From positions 4,800,001-4,864,000 of the forward strand of contig OZ244937.1 in NCBI GenBank assembly GCA_965222075.1: DNA of 64,000 bases, written 5' to 3'. Origin of the DNA: Candidatus Latescibacterota bacterium. Lineage in GTDB: Bacteria > Latescibacterota > UBA2968 > GCA-2709665. Under the pieces are notes generated by a model. That model made no database searches. It was not told the origin of the DNA and was given only the letters and a program-made list of their open reading frames with translations. A program made the translations under genes and the position numbers. Below are positions 40,009-47,665 of the stretch, one piece after another (the first letter of the stretch is position 1; the number at the start of each line of letters is the position of its first letter).

Positions 40009-41361
40009 TTAATGTCCAAGTCCATCCCCGGTGAGACACCCCGTTCCCAGGGTTCCGTCCTGGGTCTGGAAGATGGAGGGGAACCGTTCCGCCCACCCGG
40101 TGTTGGCCTCGGGGCAGTACTGCCGCGCGTTGCCTTCGATTGCGGTTACCGTAGGCACACGCGCGGCCAGCCCGGCCGAGTGGAGGAAGGACGCGCCGGG
40201 ACAGGTGAGGTCCTGCACACAGAGGAACATGCCGTATTTCTGCGCGGCCGCGCCCAAAAGCAGGGATTCGGACTGCCCTTTGCAGGCTTTCAGCGCCACG
40301 CCCGAATAGCCGAGTTCGCGGGCGAGGAGCAGGCTTTCGAAGTCGTCTAAGGATTCGTCGATGACGACGGGCCGGATCTGCGCGGCCCGGTGCATTTTGT
40401 TTTCCGGGTTGGCTTTGAGGTCCCGCGCGGTGGGCTGTTCGATGTAGGCGACCCGCTCGAAGGCGCCCGGGCTCTTTTCCTGGATCTGGGCGAGGAAGTC
40501 GAGGAGGTAATCGACGCTCTGGCACTTTTCGTTGAAGTCCAGGGAATAGGCCCAGTTCTCCACACCCCGGGCGGCCTGCGCCCCGGAGGCGACCCGGTCT
40601 ACGCTGCCGACCCGGTCCACGTCCCAGGCCAGGTCGTCCCCGTTGAGTTTGATTTTGAGGTGGGTGAGCCCGTCGGCGGAGATCCACTCGGGGAGGGTTT
40701 CGGGAAGGCCGTCGTCGATGCGTCGGTCGATGTCGGCGTCGGTGAGGGGGTCAAGCGCGCCGACGAGGTGGTAAAGCGGCATCCGGGGCCTGGGCTGCCG
40801 CGAGGTGTACCGGTCTAAGTATTCGCCCTGAAAGTCATCGTTGAGGTAGTGGGCAAGGTCGTGGGTCATGGAGTCGCTGCCGAGTCCGTCGTAGCTGTTG
40901 ATGCCGTTCACTTTTCCGAAGGCATCGTGGAGGGCGGCGTCTATGGGGCTGGCGGTGACCAGGGTGCAAAGTTTGGGGATGGGATCGGCAAGGTCGAGCT
41001 CTTTTCCGACTTCCACCGCCAGGTCGAGAAACCGGTGTTCCAGATCGACCATCAGGTCAATGGGGTGCCCGCTGTCCCGGAGTTGCCGGGTAATTTCGAC
41101 CATTCGGTTGCCCAGGCGCCTCATGGCCGCCATCGATTCGTCGAAGCTGACGCGCTGGGAAGGGAATGACCAGGCGTTTCCCAGGGGCATCGACCCGAAT
41201 CCCCCGGACTGCTTCCCCCCACCGTTTTCAAGCTGGAGGGTGATGTTCATCAGCACACAGTGGGTGGTGATAACCCCGCCGAATTTCAGGGGGGTGCGGT
41301 AGGGATAGTCTTCAAATCCGATTTCGACTTCACAGATCCGGATGTCTGTCTGTTTTGACAT
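40009..41361 (-). CDS. Enolase superfamily protein (mandelate racemase / muconate lactonizing enzyme family)
   Basis: RTPLKFGG, HLKIKLNG, DFNE, IEQP, IDES, ALKACKG. Confidence 0.88.
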   Translation of the reverse strand: MSKQTDIRICEVEIGFEDYPYRTPLKFGGVITTHCVLMNITLQLENGGGKQSGGFGSMPLGNAWSFPSQRVSFDESMAAMRRLGNRMVEITRQLRDSGHPIDLMVDLEHRFLDLAVEVGKELDLADPIPKLCTLVTASPIDAALHDAFGKVNGINSYDGLGSDSMTHDLAHYLNDDFQGEYLDRYTSRQPRPRMPLYHLVGALDPLTDADIDRRIDDGLPETLPEWISADGLTHLKIKLNGDDLAWDVDRVGSVDRVASGAQAARGVENWAYSLDFNEKCQSVDYLLDFLAQIQEKSPGAFERVAYIEQPTARDLKANPENKMHRAAQIRPVVIDESLDDFESLLLARELGYSGVALKACKGQSESLLLGAAAQKYGMFLCVQDLTCPGASFLHSAGLAARVPTVTAIEGNARQYCPEANTGWAERFPSIFQTQDGTLGTGCLTGDGLGH

Positions 41362-41505
41362 GGAGGAGCGCCTCCTCTGCATATTTTGGTGTTGAAGATT
41401 TGGAATGGGGACGTTCTATGATAGCATTTGGATAAGGTGGTGTCAAGAAGCGTCAGGGGCAGGGTAGGGCGATATGACAGAGAGGATGTAAATTGGGGAG
41501 AGGAG

Positions 41506-41595
41506 GTGCGCGACCTGGCTGTTTATGTTGTTGGTATTGCGGGCGGTACGGGATCGGGGAAGACGAGGCTGGCGAGGGCGATTCTGTCGGGGTGA
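41506..41595 (+). pseudogene. udk: N-terminal remnant of a uridine kinase-like P-loop kinase
   Basis: RBS GGAGAGGAG, GTG, then RDLAVYVVGIAGGTGSGKTRLARAILSG and stop after 29 aa. Confidence 0.65.
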
Positions 41596-41604
41596 CTGGT
41601 TCTG

Positions 41605-44292
41605 TCATTCTCCCAATCGCCGTACAATTCCGGCCTTTAACGCGGCGTTGATGCGGGCTGCGGTCTCGTCTAAGTGCGCCCGTGTGTGGGTGTCGGGACC
41701 GGGGGTTGAAAGCGTTTTGTCGATGGCGGCCTTAAGGGCGACCAGGTCGGCGCGGGCCAGGGTGGACGCGTCTTCGGGGGCGCCCCTGACGGGGTTGACC
41801 ACAAGCCGGATGAGCCGGTTCAGATGCGCCCGCTGAAGATTCCTGCGGAAGCTGTTGATGTTTTTTGCGTTCTCCAGTTCGACCCAGATGGCGTTGCGGA
41901 CGTCTTCGAACAGTTCCGGCATGGTGAAGGGGGTTTCGTTTTTGCCGTATCGGAGCTCGAGGTCGAGCAGGCGGCTGAGGCGGATGGCATCATAGAGGCT
42001 GTACAGAGATCCCCGCTGGATGGAGAGGACGACGTCGTGGATGGGGTAGTCGATGCGGCGCATTCTCCAGACGGCGCCGGTGAAGTCCCAGAACCGCTCC
42101 GGGGCGAGCTTGTTGAGAAGGGAGCGCGGGAAGTTGAAGGCGTCCGGGTCGAAGATGTTCGACGTAAGGAACTTGAGCGCTTCCCGCTGTTTTTCCGCCG
42201 GAACCGGTACGAAGGGGAGGCGGCCGCCGGGGTCTCCCACGTGGTCCCGGTGGTGGTAGATGCCCCCGATGTATTTGGTCACATTGGACGCGGCAATCCA
42301 GTACTCCCGGAAACCGCGGGCGAATACCTGCCGCAGCTTCTGGTACCGGTTGCCACTTTTCTCGAATTCCGCTTCTGTTTTGCTCCAGAGTTCCCGGGAA
42401 AGGTCCAGACGGTTTCGGTGGTAGAGAATCGGATCGGATCCCAGGTCCCAGGCGCTGGCGGCCGGGTCGATGCCGCGTGCGTCCCGGAAGGCGTCTTCGT
42501 CCGTGCCGTAGGGTATTTTCGGGTCGGCACCCCGGGCGGCGATTTTTGCCAGCGCTTCCGCTTCTTTTTCCGGGCTGTCGGCGTTGACGGGTGTGTACGC
42601 GTATTCAATCGCCCAGTAGTCGTAGGGGCCCAGGCTTGTCTGGAAATAGTGGCCCTGTTTCTGGCCTTCGGGCGCGATGTTGACCGGGTTGTAATCCATG
42701 ACCGAACTGGTTATCCCCTGTTTTGCGGTCAGTTTTTTGTCCTGAAGCCGGTCGACCGGATGGAGGGTGCTGGCTTTGAAGTTGTGACGCAGGCCCAGGG
42801 TGTGGCCGACTTCGTGGGCAAGCAGCTCGATGAGAAGTTCGTCGACGTATTTTTTGACATCGGCTTTTGTGCGGCTTACCAGGCCCCGAGCGGAAAGGAG
42901 ACTCCAGCCGAAAGCGGCCTGCCGCGAGGCGCCGGTCGCGTGATCGCAGAAGCCCCGGCGAACGTTATTGATAAGCCCCAGAGATGCGGCAATAGAATCG
43001 CCGATGGCCACCGGTCTGACAAATTCTTCGTGTTGCCGAAAGATGTAGCGGAGGTAGTCGGCGCTGATGCGGATGTCCGCATCGTAGATCTCTCCGGTAA
43101 AGGGATTGGCGCGTGAGGGACCCACGGCGTAGCCCCCGCCGGGTGTGACGATCCAGCGCACCGTGTTGTAGCGTACGTCGGCGGGGTTCCAGTCCGCGTC
43201 GTCGGGCTGCTGTTTGACGAGGATGGCGTCTTTGAAGCCGATACGCGCGAAGGCTTTGTTCCAGAGAAGAATGCCCTTCTTCACAGCGTCCCGGTATTCC
43301 ACCGGGATGGTGTTTTCCAGCCAGAAGACAATCTGTTTTCTGGGCAGGGAGCGCCCGGCTTTGGGATCGGCCTTTTCCAGGTGCCAGCGGTTGACGTAGC
43401 GGTTGTAGGGCGAGTCCCGCAGCACCGTGGTGTAGTCCTGGTACATGGTGAGGAAGTGGCCCACGCGGTCGTCCGCAAGCCTGGGCCGGTAGGTGGTTTT
43501 GGGCAGGGTGGAGAGGCTGTAGTGGTAGACATGCTGGAAGGACCGCGCGTCGGGAACCGTGGGGAACAGTTTCGGGTTGTCGCTTTTGAAGTGGAGGACG
43601 ACTTCGATTTCCGTGTTGCGGAGGAACGACTTCAACAGCCCGAAGTAGCTGTTGTCCTTGTCGAAGCTGTACCTGGTCTTTTTGATGTATTCGCTGAAGA
43701 TATAGCCGACCATCCCGATGTCCTGGATGAAGAACTCGCCGGGATCGACCAGGATGCTGCCCCGTTCCGGATGGGTCTGGCTTTCAACGATTTTGGCCGT
43801 TCCCACGATGGAGTTGGACACGCCCCGGCCAATGGCCCGGTGGATGGCCGATTCCCTGTCGGCGCGATAGTAGACATTTTTGTGGATGAACTGGACCTTT
43901 TTTCCAATGCGTTTGAGGATGAAGGGGAAGTAATACATCATGGCGGAGGAGTCGAAGTAGTAGCCATCGGCCGCCTCGCGGGTGATGGAGCAGAGGTAAA
44001 TTTTGTCAAACTGGTCCGGCTTGATCTCCATGTAGACCTTTGCCTCGTCGTCCTTCCGGTAGAGCGTGAACAGCCCTTCGATGATTTCGAAGTCTTCGAC
44101 GACTTCCTCAAAGGTCTTCTTTTTTTTCTTTTTGTCCTCGGCCTTGCTGGTGTCCTGTGCGGCCCCTTTGGCTGCGACTTGAGATGTGTCCTGAGCAGTG
44201 GTGTCGGGGTTGGCCTCTTCCGCGCTGGCAGGTGTGACAGGCGTTCCAACGGGTAACAGCAGGAAGAGAAAGACAAGAATGAACCAGCGCAT
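41605..44292 (-). CDS. Secreted zinc-dependent metalloprotease (DUF5118/DUF5117/DUF4953 Met-zincin)
   Basis: Signal peptide, PRLADDRVGHF, WNKAF..IGF, NPFTGEI, HEVGHTLGLRHNF, SSVMDY, GPYDYWAIEYAY. Confidence 0.93.
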   Translation of the reverse strand: MRWFILVFLFLLLPVGTPVTPASAEEANPDTTAQDTSQVAAKGAAQDTSKAEDKKKKKKTFEEVVEDFEIIEGLFTLYRKDDEAKVYMEIKPDQFDKIYLCSITREAADGYYFDSSAMMYYFPFILKRIGKKVQFIHKNVYYRADRESAIHRAIGRGVSNSIVGTAKIVESQTHPERGSILVDPGEFFIQDIGMVGYIFSEYIKKTRYSFDKDNSYFGLLKSFLRNTEIEVVLHFKSDNPKLFPTVPDARSFQHVYHYSLSTLPKTTYRPRLADDRVGHFLTMYQDYTTVLRDSPYNRYVNRWHLEKADPKAGRSLPRKQIVFWLENTIPVEYRDAVKKGILLWNKAFARIGFKDAILVKQQPDDADWNPADVRYNTVRWIVTPGGGYAVGPSRANPFTGEIYDADIRISADYLRYIFRQHEEFVRPVAIGDSIAASLGLINNVRRGFCDHATGASRQAAFGWSLLSARGLVSRTKADVKKYVDELLIELLAHEVGHTLGLRHNFKASTLHPVDRLQDKKLTAKQGITSSVMDYNPVNIAPEGQKQGHYFQTSLGPYDYWAIEYAYTPVNADSPEKEAEALAKIAARGADPKIPYGTDEDAFRDARGIDPAASAWDLGSDPILYHRNRLDLSRELWSKTEAEFEKSGNRYQKLRQVFARGFREYWIAASNVTKYIGGIYHHRDHVGDPGGRLPFVPVPAEKQREALKFLTSNIFDPDAFNFPRSLLNKLAPERFWDFTGAVWRMRRIDYPIHDVVLSIQRGSLYSLYDAIRLSRLLDLELRYGKNETPFTMPELFEDVRNAIWVELENAKNINSFRRNLQRAHLNRLIRLVVNPVRGAPEDASTLARADLVALKAAIDKTLSTPGPDTHTRAHLDETAARINAALKAGIVRRLGE

Positions 44293-44408
44293 AGCGTCCT
44301 CCTTATTTCTTCATACAGGTTCCAAATTTGAGATTATCGACCGGGTAACAGTATAAGCAACCAAGGGTGTGCACGCAATTCCCACATTGAAGACGCGTAG
44401 AGATATTC

Positions 44409-44441
44409 AAAAGCCCCGTTCCAGACGAAGGAGACGGGGCT
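44409..44441 (-). terminator. Intrinsic terminator (minus strand)
   Basis: AGCCCCGT-loop-ACGGGGCT followed by TTT on the minus strand. Confidence 0.6.
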
Positions 44442-44559
44442 GGTGATTTTGCGTGATGTTCAGGGCACCTTGTCCACCAATAACACCGGCAGGACCTGCT
44501 CTCGCTCGGCGGCTGCCCTCCGGCTTCCTTCCGCACAACATGGTCTTTTTGTACTCCAA

Positions 44560-44886
44560 CTATATCGCGATGACCTTTTTGGCACCTTCACTCTCCGGCC
44601 AATCAATATGAATGCTCACCTCGCAATCGAGGCGTTCAAGGAACCGCATCAGCCGTTCGACGCTGTAATAGGAGAACTTACCGCTTTTAAGCCGGGAGAT
44701 TTCCGGTTGCTTAACTTCCAGAATCCTCGCGGCCTTTGTCTGAGTCAGCTTGCGGTGTTCGAGAATCCGAAAAATCTCCGCACCAAGTTGGGCTTTGAGC
44801 AACTCTTCTTTGGCTTCCTCGTCACTGAATCCCAGATCAGAGAAGATGTTGCCGCTGCTCTGTTCGATTTTAATATCCTCGCCCAT
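44560..44886 (-). CDS. XRE-family HTH protein (HigA-like antitoxin, HTH_37)
   Basis: SSGNIFSDLG..LLKAQL..LTQTKAA.IL..QPEISRL..S+ERL. Confidence 0.88.
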   Translation of the reverse strand: MGEDIKIEQSSGNIFSDLGFSDEEAKEELLKAQLGAEIFRILEHRKLTQTKAARILEVKQPEISRLKSGKFSYYSVERLMRFLERLDCEVSIHIDWPESEGAKKVIAI

Positions 44887-44931
44887 GGTCTTCCTCCTCC
44901 TGTCTGGCCAACTCTCCGGTCGCGTGTGACG

Positions 44932-45381
44932 TCATCGAAAACAACCGTTGACGCCCATTGCAACTGGCTCATACTCTATCTCCTCGCAACTCTGTCGGGT
45001 ATCGCATGACTTCAACAAAATCGCCGGCAACCGTTTCAATTCCTGGTTGCGTGGGTCCACCTCGAAGCCGCCGGACTCCAGTGCCGTTACGCCAAGCAGC
45101 GGTTCGGCACCTTCCTCGCCATATACGATTGTGCCGCCCACGACCTCTCCCTCGAATTCCAGGTCGGCCGTCGTGATCTCCAGGCTGATTTTGTTCCCAT
45201 CCGCAAGGGTGTACTCCCGGCGGCCTTTCGGTTTGAGTCCGATGGCTTCCAGGTGCGCCCTGGGTACGAGCGAGTCGAACGCGCCGGTGTCCACCAGGAA
45301 TGTGCCGGTCCAGCTTCGCTGCAGATCGGCGGGATTGCGGATTGTTACATCAACGTAGGTCGCGCCCATTATGGTTCTCAT
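44932..45381 (-). CDS. Clan AA aspartic protease (retropepsin-like, AF_0612 family)
   Basis: FLVDTGA, LADG, PLLGVTALE..G..VDP; start at 45381 or 45369. Confidence 0.88.
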   Translation of the reverse strand: MRTIMGATYVDVTIRNPADLQRSWTGTFLVDTGAFDSLVPRAHLEAIGLKPKGRREYTLADGNKISLEITTADLEFEGEVVGGTIVYGEEGAEPLLGVTALESGGFEVDPRNQELKRLPAILLKSCDTRQSCEEIEYEPVAMGVNGCFR

Positions 45382-45449
45382 TTCGACTGGCTTTTCGCCA
45401 GCACCATTGTGATTTCGGCGGAAAGGGTTTAGTGAGCAACCCTGCCCGC

Positions 45450-45725
45450 TCACCGCGCCAGCCAGGCGCTGAAGCGTTCGTTCATTTCGTCTGCGTAGTC
45501 GCTCCACCATTCCCAGTTGTTGTGCAGGGCACGCTTCGCATTCTGCGGGCTGGTGGGCATGTGCGGATTCATCTCGACACCCTTCTCGGCGTGCGTCGAG
45601 ATCAGCGGCATCGCGGAGCGGCGTGTGGGGCTGTAGGAAATGTAGCGACCGACGCCGGCCATGGACTGCGCGGTCGTGGCAAATTCGACAAACTTGCGAG
45701 CGGCCCCGAGGTTGCGCGTGCCTGG
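45450..45725 (-). pseudogene. C-terminal fragment of a polyamine-type ABC substrate-binding protein
   Basis: PGTRNLGAARKFVEFAT..YISYSPTR..HMPTSPQN..WW.D...MNERFSAWL; the N-terminal portion is absent. Confidence 0.7.
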
Positions 45726-45943
45726 CGTAGCGCTTCGATGGTCAAAGTTGCCTGGGGCAGAGGCTTCCCGTCCTTCCGATAAAGCACAATCGCCTCCTCG
45801 ACAATCTGGCATAGATCATCAAAGACGACCCTTTCATCTTCTCCGTGACAGCCTGCGTAAATCAGGCCGGGCGCACTGCCCACGTAGCACTGATCCTCTT
45901 CGGACCATTCAACGATCTTCGCGTACTTGGCACTGTCTCTCAT
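45726..45943 (-). CDS. HicB-like antitoxin; stop codon lost, frame reads on to 45602
   Basis: Y..IVEWSEEDQCYVGSAPGL..GCHG..E....L...+EE......DGKPLP. Confidence 0.75.
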
Positions 45944-46236
45944 TTGGTTCGACTGCCTGGCGACGAATCCGGATTCATCCATGCCGGAAGAGCGGTCCCT
46001 GTAGCTTCCGCATACAAGGTCTCCGGTGCTATGTCGATCTCGTTGCCCCACGTCAGAACCCCAAGCTCCTCGTTGATAGCAAAGCTCCGGAAGAACTCGA
46101 GATCTCTAAATCGCTCAAATACACCTCGCCTCTCCAAATACTTTGCGAAATCAACGGTTCCGCATCGACCGTCATCGAATTCTATCTCGATGAGGTAGGC
46201 ACCTCGATAGATAGCTGAAACAACATCGTGTAGCAT
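45940..46236 (-). CDS. DUF2442 family protein (putative antitoxin)
   Basis: Y.IEIEFDDG..GTVDF..L..GVF..FRD..FF....LTWGNEIDIAPETLY. Confidence 0.88.
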   Translation of the reverse strand: MLHDVVSAIYRGAYLIEIEFDDGRCGTVDFAKYLERRGVFERFRDLEFFRSFAINEELGVLTWGNEIDIAPETLYAEATGTALPAWMNPDSSPGSRTK

Positions 46237-46251
46237 ACATCTCTCTCCTTG

Positions 46252-46380
46252 CTATTGAAGAGGTGGTATCTTTCTGGGAGGCCTGTCGCTTCGCGCTTTA
46301 TCCCAGTTGTCCATCAACTCCGGCTGATGTTGAGACGCCCACTCCACGACCAAACCCAGCACCCGGGGAGGCAGTTTTCC
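46252..46380 (-). pseudogene. DUF4160 family C-terminal half (start lost)
   Basis: Read by hand: GKLPPRVLGLVVEWASQHQPELMDNWDKARSDRPPRKIPPLQ*; no start codon between it and the in-frame upstream stop at 46408. Confidence 0.8.
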
Positions 46381-46407
46381 GTATGGTCCTGACCTCTGGC
46401 GGTGCCC

Positions 46408-47154
46408 CTACCCGGCGGTGATTTCCAGACGGACGACGCCTTTGACGTTGGCGCACCGGTCGTCGAGGCCGGGGATGAGGAGGCGCAGGGGGCCGCCCAG
46501 GCTTGCGGGGAGGGGCTGCCCGTTGATCTGGTAGATGAGGAATCCTTTTTCCGAGACGTCGGCAAGGGAGACGCGGGCAGAGAAACCATCCTCTGTCGCG
46601 TGGAAGACGGCGTGTGTGGCGCCGGGTTTGACCGCTGTCAGAAGGGTTCGCACCCAGACGCCGGCGCCCTGCCGTTTTGGAGCGATCCGGCCGATGTCGG
46701 GGATCTGGTCCTGAAGCTCCTGAAAGTCCCGGTAGCTGAGGTCTGTTTGGGCCGCAACCTGGCCTTCTATTTTCAATATCGGCACGTCGGCGCTTCCGTC
46801 CGGTTCCACCTGTTCCATGCGGTCTTGGACGATGTCCACCAGGCGCCGGTCGAATCCGATGGGGGGGGCGATGAGGCATTGTACGTTGGGATAGGCCTTC
46901 CGAACGGCCTCCGCCCTTTCAGAAAGTTCGCGGCGGACCCGGTCCTCCAGGTGGAGGAGGTAGGGAACGACCACGATTTGTGCTGCGCCTTTTTCAACAC
47001 AGGATCGGAGGGCGTCCTCAAAGGAGGGATGCCCGCGCAGGGAGGCTGCTTCCACGACTTCGCCGGTTCCCTCCCTGCAGAGGATGTCGGCAGTCCGCCT
47101 GAGGCCGTCTCCGGCCCCACCCATGTGTCCTATCAGGATGGTTGCCCGCACCAT
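46408..47154 (-). CDS. CbiX/SirB-like chelatase domain fused to a molybdopterin-oxidoreductase-like (Oxidored_molyb) domain
   Basis: N: ILIGH..PSFEDAL..GA.QIVVVPY.L..PPIGFD. C: LKIEGQV..GVWV..DGFS..YQINGQPLPASLGGPLRLLIPG..NVKGV. Confidence 0.75.
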   Translation of the reverse strand: MVRATILIGHMGGAGDGLRRTADILCREGTGEVVEAASLRGHPSFEDALRSCVEKGAAQIVVVPYLLHLEDRVRRELSERAEAVRKAYPNVQCLIAPPIGFDRRLVDIVQDRMEQVEPDGSADVPILKIEGQVAAQTDLSYRDFQELQDQIPDIGRIAPKRQGAGVWVRTLLTAVKPGATHAVFHATEDGFSARVSLADVSEKGFLIYQINGQPLPASLGGPLRLLIPGLDDRCANVKGVVRLEITAG

Positions 47155-47248
47155 TGAGCGATCTTCTCCCCTGTGATAAGGATATTGTATTTTTCCATAA
47201 CTGCCTTATATTTGTAGACCGTGTCCCCCCATTGCTGAGGATGATTTT

Positions 47249-47383
47249 ATGCCCCCTTTTGAAGAACTTCCGGTCTTTATTCAGGTGGTGCTTACGCTTT
47301 CGTCGGCGTTGATTCTGCTGATTGGCGGACACCTGATCTGGCGGATAGTCCGGGCGGTTCTCAGGCGTGACAACTCCAGGTAG
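47249..47383 (+). CDS. Small single-pass membrane protein (44 aa)
   Basis: Below the ORF-track cutoff: MPPFEELPVFIQVVLTLSSALILLIGGHLIWRIVRAVLRRDNSR; GAGGA RBS; TM followed by a basic tail. Confidence 0.55.
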   Translation: MPPFEELPVFIQVVLTLSSALILLIGGHLIWRIVRAVLRRDNSR

Positions 47384-47390
47384 TGCGCCC

Positions 47391-47657
47391 CTACCTTTTG
47401 CGTTTCATCTCCTGTTTGGCGTAGGTGATCGCCATAACTTCCAGGGCGTTTATGAGGTAGACGTCGCGGATGTCGCGTTCGAGGGCCTCTACCATCTGGC
47501 GGGCGAGTTTGGGGATCTCCTCTTCCAGGGGTCCTTTCATCCGGTTCCAGTTGTCCTGGCGCCCATGCTTTTTATCACAGGTTTCCCGGGCGGCGCGGAA
47601 AATGGCCATGGCCATTTTCCGCGGATCGCCGTCGAGCTGGATTTCATCTTTCGCCAT
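47391..47657 (-). CDS. Hypothetical protein (88 aa, helical)
   Basis: RBS AGGAG; follows the large gene by 9 bp. Confidence 0.7.
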   Translation of the reverse strand: MAKDEIQLDGDPRKMAMAIFRAARETCDKKHGRQDNWNRMKGPLEEEIPKLARQMVEALERDIRDVYLINALEVMAITYAKQEMKRKR

Positions 47658-47665
47658 GGGGTTGA

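Noticed and set aside
44450-46410. Integron cassette array or CRISPR array
   Set aside because: No attC-like sites and no regularly spaced direct repeats here or elsewhere in the window.
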